From Escherichia coli (lineage in GTDB: Bacteria > Pseudomonadota > Gammaproteobacteria > Enterobacterales > Enterobacteriaceae), in assembly GCF_050920415.1 (NCBI RefSeq), contig NZ_CP169309.1: a stretch of 64,000 nucleotides of DNA, one strand, 5' to 3'. The position numbers and the translations under genes are program-made. Below the pieces are notes generated by a model. The model was not told the DNA's origin. It did no database searches and saw only the letters and a program-made list of their open reading frames with translations. Below are positions 26,140 through 37,644 of this stretch, piece after piece; position 1 is the stretch's first letter, and each line of letters begins with the position of its first letter.

Positions 26140-29100
26140 ATGATGGAAATTCTGCGTGGTTCGCCTGCATTGTCGGCATTCCGAATCAACAAACTGCTGG
26201 CACGTTTTCAGGCTGCCAGGCTCCCGGTTCACAATATTTACGCCGAGTATGTCCATTTTGCTGACCTCAATGCGCCGTTAAACGATGATGAGCACGCACA
26301 ACTTGAACGCCTGCTGAAATATGGCCCGGCACTCGCCAGCCACGCCCCGCAAGGTAAACTCCTGCTGGTGACCCCGCGTCCTGGTACCATCTCTCCCTGG
26401 TCTTCGAAAGCGACCGATATCGCCCATAACTGCGGGCTGCAACAGGTAAACCGCCTTGAGCGCGGCGTTGCTTACTATATAGAAGCCGGTACGCTGACCC
26501 ATGAACAATGGCAGCAGGTGACCGCTGAACTGCACGACCGCATGATGGAAACGGTCTTTTCTGCTTTAGATGATGCAGAGCAGCTGTTTGCACACCATCA
26601 ACCGACTCCGGTCACCAGCGTTGATTTGCTGGGGCAGGGACGTCAGGCGCTAATCGACGCTAACCTGCGTCTTGGCCTGGCACTGGCGGAAGATGAAATT
26701 GACTATCTGCAGGATGCATTCACAAAGCTGGGTCGTAACCCGAACGACATCGAGCTGTATATGTTCGCCCAGGCGAACTCTGAGCACTGCCGCCATAAAA
26801 TTTTTAACGCCGACTGGATTATCGACGGTGAACAACAGCCGAAATCGCTGTTCAAGATGATCAAAAACACCTTCGAAACCACGCCGGATCACGTTCTCTC
26901 GGCTTATAAAGATAACGCCGCCGTAATGGAAGGTTCTGAAGTGGGCCGCTACTTTGCTGACCACGAAACGGGCCGCTACGATTTCCATCAGGAACCGGCG
27001 CATATCCTGATGAAAGTAGAAACCCACAACCACCCAACGGCGATTTCTCCGTGGCCGGGTGCGGCAACCGGTTCCGGTGGCGAAATTCGTGATGAAGGTG
27101 CCACCGGCCGCGGCGCGAAGCCGAAAGCTGGTCTGGTCGGTTTCTCCGTATCCAACCTGCGTATTCCTGGCTTTGAACAACCGTGGGAAGAAGATTTCGG
27201 TAAGCCTGAGCGCATTGTCACCGCGCTGGACATCATGACAGAAGGTCCGCTGGGCGGCGCGGCATTTAACAACGAATTTGGTCGTCCGGCACTGAACGGC
27301 TACTTCCGTACCTATGAAGAAAAAGTGAACAGCCACAACGGCGAAGAGCTGCGCGGGTATCACAAACCGATCATGCTGGCGGGTGGGATCGGCAACATTC
27401 GCGCCGATCACGTACAAAAAGGCGAGATCAACGTCGGTGCGAAACTGGTCGTTCTCGGCGGCCCGGCAATGAACATCGGTCTTGGCGGCGGCGCGGCCTC
27501 TTCCATGGCCTCCGGCCAGTCTGACGCGGATCTCGATTTCGCGTCCGTTCAGCGCGATAACCCGGAAATGGAACGTCGCTGTCAGGAAGTGATCGACCGC
27601 TGCTGGCAGCTTGGCGACGCGAACCCGATTCTGTTTATCCACGACGTCGGCGCAGGCGGTCTTTCTAACGCCATGCCGGAGCTGGTGAGCGACGGCGGAC
27701 GCGGCGGTAAATTTGAACTGCGCGATATCCTGAGCGACGAACCGGGCATGAGCCCGCTGGAAATCTGGTGTAACGAATCCCAGGAACGCTACGTGCTGGC
27801 CGTTGCTGCCGATCAGTTACCGCTGTTTGACGAACTGTGTAAGCGTGAGCGCGCACCGTACGCGGTGATTGGTGAGGCCACCGAAGAATTACATCTTTCT
27901 CTGCACGATCGTCATTTTGATAATCAACCCATCGATCTGCCGCTCGACGTACTACTTGGCAAAACGCCGAAGATGACCCGCGATGTGCAAACGCTGAAAG
28001 CGAAAGGCGACGCGTTGTCCCGTGAAGGGATCACCATCGCTGACGCGGTGAAGCGTGTGTTACATCTGCCGACTGTGGCGGAGAAAACCTTTCTGGTGAC
28101 CATCGGCGATCGCAGCGTAACCGGCATGGTGGCGCGCGATCAGATGGTGGGTCCGTGGCAGGTGCCGGTCGCTAACTGCGCAGTCACTACCGCCAGCCTC
28201 GACAGTTACTACGGTGAAGCGATGGCAATAGGCGAACGTGCGCCAGTTGCACTGCTGGATTTCGCCGCTTCTGCCCGCCTGGCGGTCGGTGAAGCGTTAA
28301 CTAACATCGCCGCTACGCAGATTGGCGATATCAAACGCATTAAACTTTCCGCTAACTGGATGGCGGCAGCAGGTCATCCAGGTGAAGACGCGGGCCTGTA
28401 TGAAGCCGTTAAAGCGGTGGGCGAAGAGCTTTGTCCGGCGCTGGGCCTGACGATTCCGGTGGGTAAAGACTCTATGTCGATGAAAACCCGCTGGCAGGAA
28501 GGTAGCGAAGAGCGCGAAATGACCTCGCCGCTTTCGCTGGTGATTTCTGCATTTGCCCGCGTGGAAGATGTGCGTCACACCATCACGCCGCAGCTTTCTA
28601 CCGAAGATAACGCACTGCTGCTGATTGATCTGGGCAAAGGCAATAACGCGCTGGGCGCAACGGCGCTGGCGCAGGTTTATCGTCAGCTTGGCGACAAACC
28701 GGCAGATGTACGCGATGTCGCGCAACTGAAAGGCTTCTATGATGCGATTCAGGCGCTGGTTGCACAGCGTAAGCTGCTCGCGTATCACGACCGCTCTGAT
28801 GGCGGGCTGGTGGTAACGCTGGCGGAAATGGCCTTTGCTGGTCATTGCGGCATTGACGCGGATATCGCCACTCTGGGTGACGATCGCCTGGCGGCGTTGT
28901 TTAACGAAGAACTGGGGGCGGTGATTCAGGTGCGCGCTGCTGACCGTGAAGCGGTCGAAGCGGTACTGGCACAGCATGGCCTTGCTGATTGCGTCCATTA
29001 TGTTGGGCAGGCGGTTTCCGGTGACCGTTTTGTAATTACCGCCAACGGGCAGACTGTATTCAGCGAAAGCCGCACCACGTTGCGTGTCTGGTGGGCAGAA

Positions 29101-30027
29101 ACTACCTGGCAGATGCAGCGCCTGCGTGACAACCCGGAGTGTGCCGATCAGGAACATCAGGCGAAATCTAACGACGCCGATCCGGGCCTGAATGTGAAAC
29201 TGTCGTTTGATATCAACGAAGATGTGGCAGCACCGTATATTGCCACTGGTGCGCGTCCGAAAGTTGCCGTGCTGCGTGAGCAGGGGGTGAACTCGCATGT
29301 TGAAATGGCGGCAGCTTTCCACCGTGCAGGCTTCGATGCACTCGATGTGCATATGAGCGACCTGCTGGCTGGACGCACGGGCCTGGAGGATTTCCACGCT
29401 CTGGTAGCGTGCGGCGGTTTCTCCTACGGTGATGTGCTGGGTGCTGGTGAAGGCTGGGCGAAGTCTATCCTGTTCAATGACCGTGTACGCGATGAGTTTG
29501 CAACCTTCTTCCACCGTCCGCAAACGCTGGCGCTGGGGGTATGTAACGGTTGCCAGATGATGTCTAACCTACGCGAACTGATCCCAGGTAGCGAGTTGTG
29601 GCCACGTTTCGTGCGTAACACCTCCGATCGCTTTGAAGCGCGTTTCAGCCTGGTAGAAGTGACCCAAAGCCCGTCTCTGCTGTTGCAAGGGATGGTGGGT
29701 TCGCAGATGCCGATTGCTGTCTCTCACGGCGAAGGACGCGTGGAAGTGCGCGATGCGGCGCATCTGGCGGCACTGGAAAGCAAAGGGCTGGTGGCACTGC
29801 GCTATGTCGATAACTTCGGCAAAGTCACTGAAACCTACCCGGCTAACCCGAACGGTTCTCCGAATGGTATTACGGCGGTCACGACTGAAAGTGGTCGAGT
29901 CACCATTATGATGCCGCACCCGGAACGTGTTTTCCGTACTGTCAGTAACTCCTGGCATCCGGAAAACTGGGGCGAGGATGGCCCATGGATGCGTATTTTC
30001 CGCAATGCGCGTAAGCAGTTGGGGTAA
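26140..30027 (+). CDS. purL: Phosphoribosylformylglycinamidine synthase (FGAM synthase)
   Basis: 1295-aa [27 protein letters not shown]..., C-terminal glutaminase domain. Confidence 0.97.
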   Translation: MMEILRGSPALSAFRINKLLARFQAARLPVHNIYAEYVHFADLNAPLNDDEHAQLERLLKYGPALASHAPQGKLLLVTPRPGTISPWSSKATDIAHNCGLQQVNRLERGVAYYIEAGTLTHEQWQQVTAELHDRMMETVFSALDDAEQLFAHHQPTPVTSVDLLGQGRQALIDANLRLGLALAEDEIDYLQDAFTKLGRNPNDIELYMFAQANSEHCRHKIFNADWIIDGEQQPKSLFKMIKNTFETTPDHVLSAYKDNAAVMEGSEVGRYFADHETGRYDFHQEPAHILMKVETHNHPTAISPWPGAATGSGGEIRDEGATGRGAKPKAGLVGFSVSNLRIPGFEQPWEEDFGKPERIVTALDIMTEGPLGGAAFNNEFGRPALNGYFRTYEEKVNSHNGEELRGYHKPIMLAGGIGNIRADHVQKGEINVGAKLVVLGGPAMNIGLGGGAASSMASGQSDADLDFASVQRDNPEMERRCQEVIDRCWQLGDANPILFIHDVGAGGLSNAMPELVSDGGRGGKFELRDILSDEPGMSPLEIWCNESQERYVLAVAADQLPLFDELCKRERAPYAVIGEATEELHLSLHDRHFDNQPIDLPLDVLLGKTPKMTRDVQTLKAKGDALSREGITIADAVKRVLHLPTVAEKTFLVTIGDRSVTGMVARDQMVGPWQVPVANCAVTTASLDSYYGEAMAIGERAPVALLDFAASARLAVGEALTNIAATQIGDIKRIKLSANWMAAAGHPGEDAGLYEAVKAVGEELCPALGLTIPVGKDSMSMKTRWQEGSEEREMTSPLSLVISAFARVEDVRHTITPQLSTEDNALLLIDLGKGNNALGATALAQVYRQLGDKPADVRDVAQLKGFYDAIQALVAQRKLLAYHDRSDGGLVVTLAEMAFAGHCGIDADIATLGDDRLAALFNEELGAVIQVRAADREAVEAVLAQHGLADCVHYVGQAVSGDRFVITANGQTVFSESRTTLRVWWAETTWQMQRLRDNPECADQEHQAKSNDADPGLNVKLSFDINEDVAAPYIATGARPKVAVLREQGVNSHVEMAAAFHRAGFDALDVHMSDLLAGRTGLEDFHALVACGGFSYGDVLGAGEGWAKSILFNDRVRDEFATFFHRPQTLALGVCNGCQMMSNLRELIPGSELWPRFVRNTSDRFEARFSLVEVTQSPSLLLQGMVGSQMPIAVSHGEGRVEVRDAAHLAALESKGLVALRYVDNFGKVTETYPANPNGSPNGITAVTTESGRVTIMMPHPERVFRTVSNSWHPENWGEDGPWMRIFRNARKQLG

Positions 30028-30049
30028 GTCGTCAAACTATTGGTTTTGC

Positions 30050-30082
30050 TGCCCGGATGTGGCATTCACGCCGCATCCGGCA
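30050..30082. repeat. REP element downstream of purL
   Basis: gcccggatgtggcattcacgccgcatccggca, REP consensus in inverted orientation. Confidence 0.75.
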
Positions 30083-30103
30083 TTAAACGCCGACCACTAT
30101 CAT

Positions 30104-30130
30104 AAGCTCCCAGCTCCGGGAGCTTTTTTT
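30104..30130 (+). terminator. Rho-independent terminator of purL
   Basis: aagctccc-agctcc-gggagctt hairpin followed by T7. Confidence 0.75.
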
Positions 30131-30131
30131 G

Positions 30132-30245
30132 TGTCTGTAAATCACGACAATGGGTGGTTTACTGTGTCGCTTTTTGGCGACATTTAATTGATTGATTTTA
30201 TTTGGGTCTAATAAATTTATCTTAAGGTGTCTCTTTTTAGCGACA
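30132..30245. promoter_or_regulatory. Three TGTC-N10-GACA sites (~30132-30149, 30165-30182, 30228-30245): GlrR/QseF activator binding sites upstream of glmY
   Basis: tgtctgtaaatcacgaca, tgtcgctttttggcgaca, tgtctctttttagcgaca; arrangement matches the known GlrR-dependent glmY upstream region. Confidence 0.65.
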
Positions 30246-30333
30246 CAATGGCTGATTGACACCCAAATAGCGAAGAAGTCATAAATCCATCAAAACAACG
30301 TATAATCAGTACGTTACCAAACTATTTTATTTA

Positions 30334-30349
30334 TTGGCACAGTTACTGC
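30334..30349 (+). promoter_or_regulatory. Sigma-54 (-24/-12) promoter of glmY
   Basis: TGGCAC-agtta-CTGCA with GG at -24 and GC at -12, about 12 nt upstream of the glmY 5' end. Confidence 0.65.
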
Positions 30350-30361
30350 ATAATAGTCATC

Positions 30362-30548
30362 AGTGGCTCATTCACCGACTTATGTCAGCCCCTTCGGGAC
30401 GTGCTACATAAAATTCGAATGACGCACAACAAGGTGCCTGCCGTCCAACTTCTGATATCAGCTTAGCTATATCAACCCTCGGGCGAAACGTCGAGTTAGG
30501 CACCGCCTTATTCCATAACAAAGCCGGGTCATTCCCGGCTTTGTTGTA
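30362..30548 (+). ncRNA. glmY: GlmY small RNA (regulator of glmS via GlmZ/RapZ)
   Basis: Starts AGTGGCTCATTCACCGACTTATGTCAGCCCC as recalled for GlmY; ends at aagccgggtcattcccggctt hairpin plus U-rich tail; lies between purL and glrK. Confidence 0.8.
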
Positions 30549-30603
30549 TCTGAACTTCCCCTCGGTTAGCATCAGGCTATTCGCGTCTGACGAGAGTAAC
30601 ACC

Positions 30604-32031
30604 TTGAAACGCTGGCCCGTTTTTCCCCGCTCATTACGACAACTGGTAATGCTGGCATTTTTGCTGATTCTGCTACCCCTGTTGGTGCTGGCATGGCAAG
30701 CCTGGCAAAGCCTGAATGCGCTTAGCGATCAGGCGGCGCTGGTTAACCGCACTACGCTTATTGATGCCCGGCGCAGTGAAGCGATGACCAACGCGGCGCT
30801 GGAGATGGAGCGTAGCTACCGTCAGTATTGCGTGCTGGATGACCCAACCCTGGCGAAGGTTTATCAAAGCCAGCGCAAGCGTTATAGCGAAATGCTCGAT
30901 GCCCACGCAGGCGTACTGCCGGACGATAAACTATACCAGGCATTGCGTCAGGACTTGAACAATCTGGCTCAACTTCAGTGTAACAACAGCGGTCCCGATG
31001 CTGCCGCCGCCGCGCGTCTGGAAGCTTTTGCCAGCGCCAATACCGAAATGGTACAGGCCACGCGCACAGTGGTGTTCTCTCGCGGACAGCAGCTTCAGCG
31101 TGAAATCGCCGAACGTGGGCAATATTTTGGTTGGCAATCGCTGGTGTTATTTCTGGTAAGTCTGGTGATGGTGCTGCTCTTCACGCGGATGATTATCGGC
31201 CCGGTGAAAAATATTGAACGGATGATCAACCGTCTGGGGGAAGGGCGTTCTCTGGGCAATAGCGTTTCGTTCAGTGGACCGAGTGAGTTACGCTCGGTTG
31301 GGCAACGTATTCTTTGGTTAAGTGAGCGCCTGTCATGGCTGGAATCCCAGCGCCATCAATTCTTAAGACATTTATCTCATGAATTAAAAACCCCGCTGGC
31401 GAGTATGCGAGAGGGCACTGAATTACTGGCTGACCAGGTTGTCGGGCCGCTTACGCCCGAGCAAAAAGAGGTGGTGAGCATCCTTGATAGCAGCAGCCGC
31501 AATTTGCAAAAACTGATCGAACAACTGCTTGATTACAACCGTAAACAGGCGGACGGTGCAGTGGAACTGGAGAGTGTAGAGTTAGCACCGCTGGTGGAAA
31601 TGGTGGTTTCTGCTCATAGCCTGCCCGCACGGGCTAAAATGATGCATACCGACGTCGATCTCAAAGCAACTGCTTGCCTGGCGGAGCCAATGCTGCTGAT
31701 GAGCGTACTGGATAATCTTTACTCCAATGCGGTGCACTACGGGGCTGAATCCGGTAACATTTGCCTTCGCAGCAGTTTACATGGCGCGCGGGTTTATATT
31801 GATGTCATCAATACGGGCACACCCATTCCGCAAGAGGAACGCGCCATGATCTTCGAACCCTTTTTTCAGGGAAGCCACCAGCGAAAAGGGGCGGTGAAGG
31901 GCAGCGGTCTGGGATTAAGCATTGCCAGGGATTGTATTCGCCGTATGCAGGGGGAACTGCATCTGGTCGACGAGAGCGGGCAAGAGGTTTGCTTCCGCAT
32001 TGAATTACCGTCGTCGAAAAACACGAAATAA
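30604..32031 (+). CDS. glrK: Sensor histidine kinase GlrK (QseE)
   Basis: ORF 30541..32031; start set at in-frame TTG 30604 (475 aa, clear of the glmY terminator); TM segment, HAMP and H-box (LSHELKTPL). Confidence 0.8.
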   Translation: MKRWPVFPRSLRQLVMLAFLLILLPLLVLAWQAWQSLNALSDQAALVNRTTLIDARRSEAMTNAALEMERSYRQYCVLDDPTLAKVYQSQRKRYSEMLDAHAGVLPDDKLYQALRQDLNNLAQLQCNNSGPDAAAAARLEAFASANTEMVQATRTVVFSRGQQLQREIAERGQYFGWQSLVLFLVSLVMVLLFTRMIIGPVKNIERMINRLGEGRSLGNSVSFSGPSELRSVGQRILWLSERLSWLESQRHQFLRHLSHELKTPLASMREGTELLADQVVGPLTPEQKEVVSILDSSSRNLQKLIEQLLDYNRKQADGAVELESVELAPLVEMVVSAHSLPARAKMMHTDVDLKATACLAEPMLLMSVLDNLYSNAVHYGAESGNICLRSSLHGARVYIDVINTGTPIPQEERAMIFEPFFQGSHQRKGAVKGSGLGLSIARDCIRRMQGELHLVDESGQEVCFRIELPSSKNTK

Positions 32032-32195
32032 TGTTAAGAGCCTATCCCATCAGGCTATTTTATTTGCCAGTTTGGCCCCGTGCAGTGCTCGAAATCCTTA
32101 CGTACTACGTGTACGCTCCGGTTTCTCCGCGCTGTCCATGTCCAAACTGCCTGCAACAATTACGCCCACTGGGATAGGTTTTAAGTCTGGTGAAT

Positions 32196-32909
32196 ATGCG
32201 ACACATTTTTCAACGATTATTGCCCCGACGGCTATGGCTGGCAGGGCTGCCATGTCTGGCATTGCTGGGTTGCGTGCAGAGTCACAATAAGCCAGCTATT
32301 GATGCGCCAGCAGAAGAAAAAATTCCGGTTTATCAACTGGCTGACTATCTTTCTACTGAATGTAGCGACATCTGGGCGCTGCAAGGTAAATCAACCGAAA
32401 CCAATCCGCTTTACTGGCTGCGGGCGATGGATTGTGCTGAACGTTTAATGCCTGCGCAGTCGCGTCAGCAAGCCCGCCAATATGACGACGGCAGCTGGCA
32501 AAATACCTTCAAACAAGGGATTTTGCTCGCCGACGCCAAAATTACGCCTTATGAGCGCCGCCAGCTGGTCGCGCGCATTGATGCGTTAAGTACCGAGATC
32601 CCGGCACAGGTTCGCCCACTGTATCAACTCTGGCGCGACGGTCAGGCGCTGCAACTGCAACTGGCGGAAGAGCGCCAACGCTACAGCAAACTCCAGCAGT
32701 CCAGCGACAGCGAACTGGATACTTTGCGCCAGCAACATCACGTTCTACAGCAGCAACTGGAGCTCACCACCCGCAAGCTGGAAAATCTGACCGATATTGA
32801 ACGTCAGCTCTCGACCCGCAAACCGGCTGGCAATTTCTCGCCGGATACGCCGCACGAGAGTGAAAATCCCGCGCCATCTACCCATGAGGTCACTCCTGAT
32901 GAGCCATAA
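32196..32909 (+). CDS. qseG: Outer-membrane lipoprotein QseG (YfhG)
   Basis: ORF 32190..32909 with lipoprotein signal (LALLGC) and Q-rich coiled-coil C-terminus; start 32190 or 32196. Confidence 0.8.
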   Translation: MRHIFQRLLPRRLWLAGLPCLALLGCVQSHNKPAIDAPAEEKIPVYQLADYLSTECSDIWALQGKSTETNPLYWLRAMDCAERLMPAQSRQQARQYDDGSWQNTFKQGILLADAKITPYERRQLVARIDALSTEIPAQVRPLYQLWRDGQALQLQLAEERQRYSKLQQSSDSELDTLRQQHHVLQQQLELTTRKLENLTDIERQLSTRKPAGNFSPDTPHESENPAPSTHEVTPDEP

Positions 32910-34233
32910 GCCTGCGCATTTATTACTGGTCGATGACGATCCTGGATTGCTGAAACTGCTTGGCTTGCGTCTGACCAGCGAAGGCTACAGCGTGGTCACG
33001 GCAGAAAGTGGAGCTGAAGGATTGCGGGTACTGAATCGCGAAAAAGTAGATTTAGTCATCAGCGACCTGCGGATGGATGAAATGGACGGTATGCAGTTGT
33101 TTGCCGAAATCCAGAAAGTGCAGCCGGGAATGCCGGTAATTATTCTTACCGCCCATGGTTCCATTCCCGATGCGGTTGCCGCGACACAGCAGGGCGTGTT
33201 CAGTTTCCTCACCAAGCCTGTCGATAAAGACGCGCTGTATCAGGCAATTGACGATGCTCTGGAGCAATCAGCTCCCACTACCGACGAACGCTGGCGCGAG
33301 GCGATTGTCACTCGTAGTCCGTTAATGTTGCGCTTGTTGGAACAGGCGAGGCTGGTGGCGCAGTCAGATGTTAGCGTTTTGATTAACGGTCAGAGCGGTA
33401 CCGGGAAAGAGATTTTTGCCCAGGCGATCCACAACGCCAGCCCGCGCAACAGCAAGCCGTTTATTGCTATTAACTGTGGCGCATTGCCCGAGCAATTACT
33501 GGAGTCCGAGCTGTTTGGTCATGCGCGTGGCGCGTTTACTGGCGCTGTCAGCAATCGCGAAGGTTTATTCCAGGCGGCGGAAGGCGGTACGCTGTTTCTC
33601 GATGAGATTGGCGACATGCCCGCACCGTTGCAGGTCAAACTGCTACGCGTGTTGCAGGAGCGCAAAGTGCGCCCGCTGGGGAGCAACCGCGATATTGATA
33701 TCGACGTGCGGATTATTTCCGCCACTCACCGTGACCTGCCAAAGGCGATGTCGCGCGGGGAATTCCGTGAAGATCTCTACTATCGCCTCAACGTTGTCAG
33801 TCTGAAAATCCCGGCATTGGCGGAGCGCACAGAAGACATTCCGCTACTGGCAAACCACTTATTGCGCCAGGCGGCAGAGCGACATAAACCGTTTGTCCGC
33901 GCATTCTCCACCGATGCAATGAAACGACTGATGACCGCGAGCTGGCCGGGTAATGTGCGCCAGTTGGTCAACGTGATTGAACAGTGCGTGGCGCTAACAT
34001 CATCTCCGGTGATTAGTGATGCGTTAGTCGAGCAGGCGCTGGAGGGCGAAAATACGGCTCTGCCAACCTTTGTTGAGGCGCGTAATCAGTTTGAACTCAA
34101 CTACTTGCGTAAGCTGCTGCAAATCACCAAAGGTAATGTCACCCACGCGGCGAGAATGGCGGGGCGCAACCGGACAGAATTTTATAAACTGCTTTCCCGA
34201 CACGAGCTGGATGCAAACGATTTCAAGGAATGA
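32899..34233 (+). CDS. glrR: Sigma-54-dependent response regulator GlrR (QseF)
   Basis: ORF 32797..34233; start at ATG 32899 ([18 protein letters not shown]) gives 444 aa; receiver domain, AAA+ sigma-54 activator domain (GESGTGKE-like GQSGTGKE), C-terminal HTH. Confidence 0.9.
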   Translation: MSHKPAHLLLVDDDPGLLKLLGLRLTSEGYSVVTAESGAEGLRVLNREKVDLVISDLRMDEMDGMQLFAEIQKVQPGMPVIILTAHGSIPDAVAATQQGVFSFLTKPVDKDALYQAIDDALEQSAPTTDERWREAIVTRSPLMLRLLEQARLVAQSDVSVLINGQSGTGKEIFAQAIHNASPRNSKPFIAINCGALPEQLLESELFGHARGAFTGAVSNREGLFQAAEGGTLFLDEIGDMPAPLQVKLLRVLQERKVRPLGSNRDIDIDVRIISATHRDLPKAMSRGEFREDLYYRLNVVSLKIPALAERTEDIPLLANHLLRQAAERHKPFVRAFSTDAMKRLMTASWPGNVRQLVNVIEQCVALTSSPVISDALVEQALEGENTALPTFVEARNQFELNYLRKLLQITKGNVTHAARMAGRNRTEFYKLLSRHELDANDFKE

Positions 34234-34257
34234 ATCGGCGTAATGTGTTACGTTTAG

Positions 34258-34632
<375 letters not shown>

Positions 34633-34675
34633 ACCGCGTCAGGGTTGCCGGATGTCTCCATCCGGCAACCTCAAA

Positions 34676-35866
34676 TCACAGCACTTTATGCGGGCCAAAG
34701 CATTCGTAATGAATGTTTTCCTGTTTCACACCCAGGTCCACTAACTGTTTCGCGGCAAACTGCATGAAGCCAACCGGGCCGCAGAGATAGAACTGCATTG
34801 TCGGATCGCTGAACGCACCTTCCAGTTTGCTCAAATCCATCAGACCTTCACTATCAAACTGACCTTTAGCGCGATCGGCTTCGCTCGGCTGACGATACCA
34901 GGTGTGCGCGGTAAAGCGTGGCAGTGCTTGCCCCAGTTCCTTAACTTCATCGGCAAAGGCATGAACATCGCCATTTTCTGCCGCATGGAACCAGTTTACC
35001 TCAGCGCTATGACCTGCTTTTGCCAGCGTGTCGAGCATTGCCAGCATTGGTGTTTGACCGACACCGGCAGAGATTAACGTCACCGGCGTGTCATCTGCGA
35101 TAGCCATAAAGAAATCACCTGCCGGAGCGACCAGTTTCACGACATCGCCAACGTTGGCGTGATTGTGTAACCAGTTTGATACCTGCCCACCCTCTTCGCG
35201 TTTCACTGCAATACGATAGCCTTTGCCATCCGGTTTGCGCGTCAAAGAGTACTGACGAATTTCCTGATGTGGGAAACCTTCCGGCTTCAGCCAGACGCCG
35301 AGATATTGCCCTGGACGGTATTCCGCCACTGCGCCGCCGTCCACCGGCTCAAGTTCGAAACTGGTGATAAGCGTGCTGCGCGGTGTTTTAGCTACAATGC
35401 GGAAATCGCGAGTACCTTCCCAGCCACCGGCTTTGCTGGCGTTTTCGTTATAGATTTCCGCCTCGCGATTAATAAATACATTAGCCAGTACGCCATAGGC
35501 TTTACCCCACGCGTCCAGTACTTCCTGGCCCGGGCTGAACATTTCGTCCAGCGTCGCCAACAGGTGTTCACCGACGATATTGTATTGTTCCGGTTTGATC
35601 TGGAAGCTGGTGTGTTTCTGAGCGATTTTTTCTACCGCTGGTAACAGCGCAGGCAGGTTTTCAATATTGCTGGCGTAGGCGGCAATAGCGTTAAACAGGG
35701 CTTCACGTTGATCGCCATTACGCTGGTTACTCATGTTAAAAATTTCTTTGAGTTCTGGGTTATGAGTAAACATACGGTCGTAGAAATGGGCGGTTAACTT
35801 TGGCCCTGTTTCCACCAGTAAAGGGATGGTGGCTTTTACTGTAGCGATGGTTTGAGCGTCAAGCAT
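34676..35866 (-). CDS. hmp: Flavohemoprotein (nitric oxide dioxygenase)
   Basis: 396 aa from ATG 35866 ([17 protein letters not shown]...), globin domain plus FAD/NAD reductase domain. Confidence 0.95.
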   Translation of the reverse strand: MLDAQTIATVKATIPLLVETGPKLTAHFYDRMFTHNPELKEIFNMSNQRNGDQREALFNAIAAYASNIENLPALLPAVEKIAQKHTSFQIKPEQYNIVGEHLLATLDEMFSPGQEVLDAWGKAYGVLANVFINREAEIYNENASKAGGWEGTRDFRIVAKTPRSTLITSFELEPVDGGAVAEYRPGQYLGVWLKPEGFPHQEIRQYSLTRKPDGKGYRIAVKREEGGQVSNWLHNHANVGDVVKLVAPAGDFFMAIADDTPVTLISAGVGQTPMLAMLDTLAKAGHSAEVNWFHAAENGDVHAFADEVKELGQALPRFTAHTWYRQPSEADRAKGQFDSEGLMDLSKLEGAFSDPTMQFYLCGPVGFMQFAAKQLVDLGVKQENIHYECFGPHKVL

Positions 35867-35892
35867 ATGGTCTTCCTTTTTTTGCATCTTAA

Positions 35893-35915
35893 TTGATGTA
35901 TCTCAAATGCATCTT
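35893..35915 (-). promoter_or_regulatory. NsrR operator in hmp promoter
   Basis: Reverse strand reads AAGATGCATTTGAGATACATCAA, an 11-1-11 inverted repeat matching the NsrR consensus, ~30 nt upstream of hmp ATG. Confidence 0.6.
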
Positions 35916-36193
35916 ATAAAAAATAGCCCTGCAATGTAAATGGTTCTTTGGTGTTTTTCATGAAGAATGTGATGAAGTGAAAAATTTGCATCACAAACCT
36001 GAAAAGAAATCCGTTTACGGTTGCAAGCTCTTTATTCTCCAAAGCCTTGCGCAGCCTGAAGGTAATCGTTTGCGTAAATTCCTTTGTCAAGACCTGTTAT
36101 CGCACAATGATTCGGTTATACTGTTCGCCGTTGTCCAACAGGACCGCCTATAAAGGCCGAAAATTTTATTGTTAGCTGAGTCAGGAGATGCGG

Positions 36194-37447
36194 ATGTTAA
36201 AGCGTGAAATGAACATTGCCGATTATGATGCCGAACTGTGGCAGGCTATGGAGCAGGAAAAAGTACGTCAGGAAGAGCACATCGAACTGATCGCCTCCGA
36301 AAACTACACCAGCCCGCGCGTAATGCAGGCGCAGGGTTCTCAGCTGACCAACAAATATGCTGAAGGTTATCCGGGCAAACGCTACTACGGCGGTTGCGAG
36401 TATGTTGATATCGTTGAACAACTGGCGATCGATCGCGCGAAAGAACTGTTCGGCGCTGACTACGCTAACGTCCAGCCGCACTCCGGCTCCCAGGCGAACT
36501 TTGCGGTCTACACCGCGCTGCTGGAACCCGGCGACACCGTTCTGGGTATGAACCTGGCGCATGGCGGTCACCTGACTCACGGTTCTCCGGTTAACTTCTC
36601 CGGTAAACTGTACAACATCGTTCCTTACGGTATCGATGCTACCGGTCATATCGACTACGCCGATCTGGAAAAACAAGCCAAAGAACACAAGCCGAAAATG
36701 ATCATCGGTGGCTTCTCTGCATATTCCGGCGTGGTTGACTGGGCGAAAATGCGTGAAATCGCTGACAGCATCGGTGCTTACCTGTTCGTTGATATGGCGC
36801 ACGTTGCGGGACTGGTCGCTGCTGGCGTCTACCCGAACCCGGTTCCTCATGCTCACGTAGTGACTACCACCACTCACAAAACCCTGGCGGGTCCGCGCGG
36901 CGGCCTGATCCTGGCGAAAGGCGGTAGCGAAGAACTGTACAAAAAACTGAACTCTGCCGTTTTCCCTGGTGGTCAGGGCGGCCCGTTGATGCACGTAATC
37001 GCTGGTAAAGCGGTTGCTCTGAAAGAAGCGATGGAACCTGAGTTCAAAACTTACCAACAGCAGGTCGCGAAAAACGCTAAAGCGATGGTAGAAGTATTCC
37101 TGGAGCGCGGTTACAAAGTGGTTTCCGGCGGTACTGATAACCACCTGTTCCTGGTTGATCTGGTTGATAAAAACCTGACCGGTAAAGAAGCTGACGCCGC
37201 TTTGGGCCGTGCTAACATCACCGTTAACAAAAACAGCGTACCGAACGATCCGAAGAGCCCGTTTGTAACCTCCGGTATTCGCGTGGGTACTCCGGCGATT
37301 ACACGTCGTGGCTTTAAAGAAGCCGAAGCGAAAGAACTGGCTGGCTGGATGTGTGACGTGCTGGACAGCATCAATGATGAAGCCGTTATCGAGAGCATCA
37401 AAGGTAAAGTTCTCGATATCTGCGCACGTTACCCGGTTTACGCATAA
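36194..37447 (+). CDS. glyA: Serine hydroxymethyltransferase
   Basis: 417 aa from ATG 36194 ([22 protein letters not shown]...), PLP-lysine motif TTTTHKTL. Confidence 0.97.
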   Translation: MLKREMNIADYDAELWQAMEQEKVRQEEHIELIASENYTSPRVMQAQGSQLTNKYAEGYPGKRYYGGCEYVDIVEQLAIDRAKELFGADYANVQPHSGSQANFAVYTALLEPGDTVLGMNLAHGGHLTHGSPVNFSGKLYNIVPYGIDATGHIDYADLEKQAKEHKPKMIIGGFSAYSGVVDWAKMREIADSIGAYLFVDMAHVAGLVAAGVYPNPVPHAHVVTTTTHKTLAGPRGGLILAKGGSEELYKKLNSAVFPGGQGGPLMHVIAGKAVALKEAMEPEFKTYQQQVAKNAKAMVEVFLERGYKVVSGGTDNHLFLVDLVDKNLTGKEADAALGRANITVNKNSVPNDPKSPFVTSGIRVGTPAITRRGFKEAEAKELAGWMCDVLDSINDEAVIESIKGKVLDICARYPVYA

Positions 37448-37486
37448 GCGAAACGGTGATTTGCTGACAATGTGCTCGTTGTTCAT

Positions 37487-37584
37487 GCCGGATGCGGCGT
37501 GAACGCCTTATCCGGCCTACAAATTATTGCAAATTCAAGATATTGCAATCTCCGTGTAGGCCTGATAAGCGTAGCGCATCAGGC
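37487..37584. repeat. BIME: inverted pair of REP elements downstream of glyA, followed by bidirectional terminator hairpin (~37605-37628)
   Basis: gccggatgcggcgtgaacgccttatccggcctac ... gtaggcctgataagcgtagcgcatcaggc, nearly identical to the BIME at 7304-7401; caaggcttcc-ttag-ggaagccttg hairpin. Confidence 0.85.
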
Positions 37585-37644
37585 AATTTTTCGTTTGTGA
37601 TCATCAAGGCTTCCTTAGGGAAGCCTTGTTACGTTATCGTGCCA

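Noticed and set aside
26031-26264. 77-aa plus-strand ORF spanning the purL promoter and start
   Set aside because: Starts inside the mltF-purL promoter region, overlaps the PurR operator and the purL start in another frame; most likely spurious.
26650-29523. Long minus-strand ORFs (330 aa and 408 aa) inside purL
   Set aside because: Antisense shadow ORFs within a highly expressed gene; arginine/histidine-rich, low-complexity translations typical of non-coding frames.
30541-30603. Upstream in-frame extension of glrK to the ORF-track start at 30541
   Set aside because: The extension begins inside the glmY terminator hairpin; the shorter TTG-initiated 475-aa product matches the expected GlrK length.
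36197-37486. 429-aa ORF on the minus strand fully antisense to glyA (longer than glyA itself)
   Set aside because: Shadow ORF: high-GC, codon-biased genes leave long stop-free antisense frames. No RBS context or recognisable protein features; glyA on the + strand is unambiguous.
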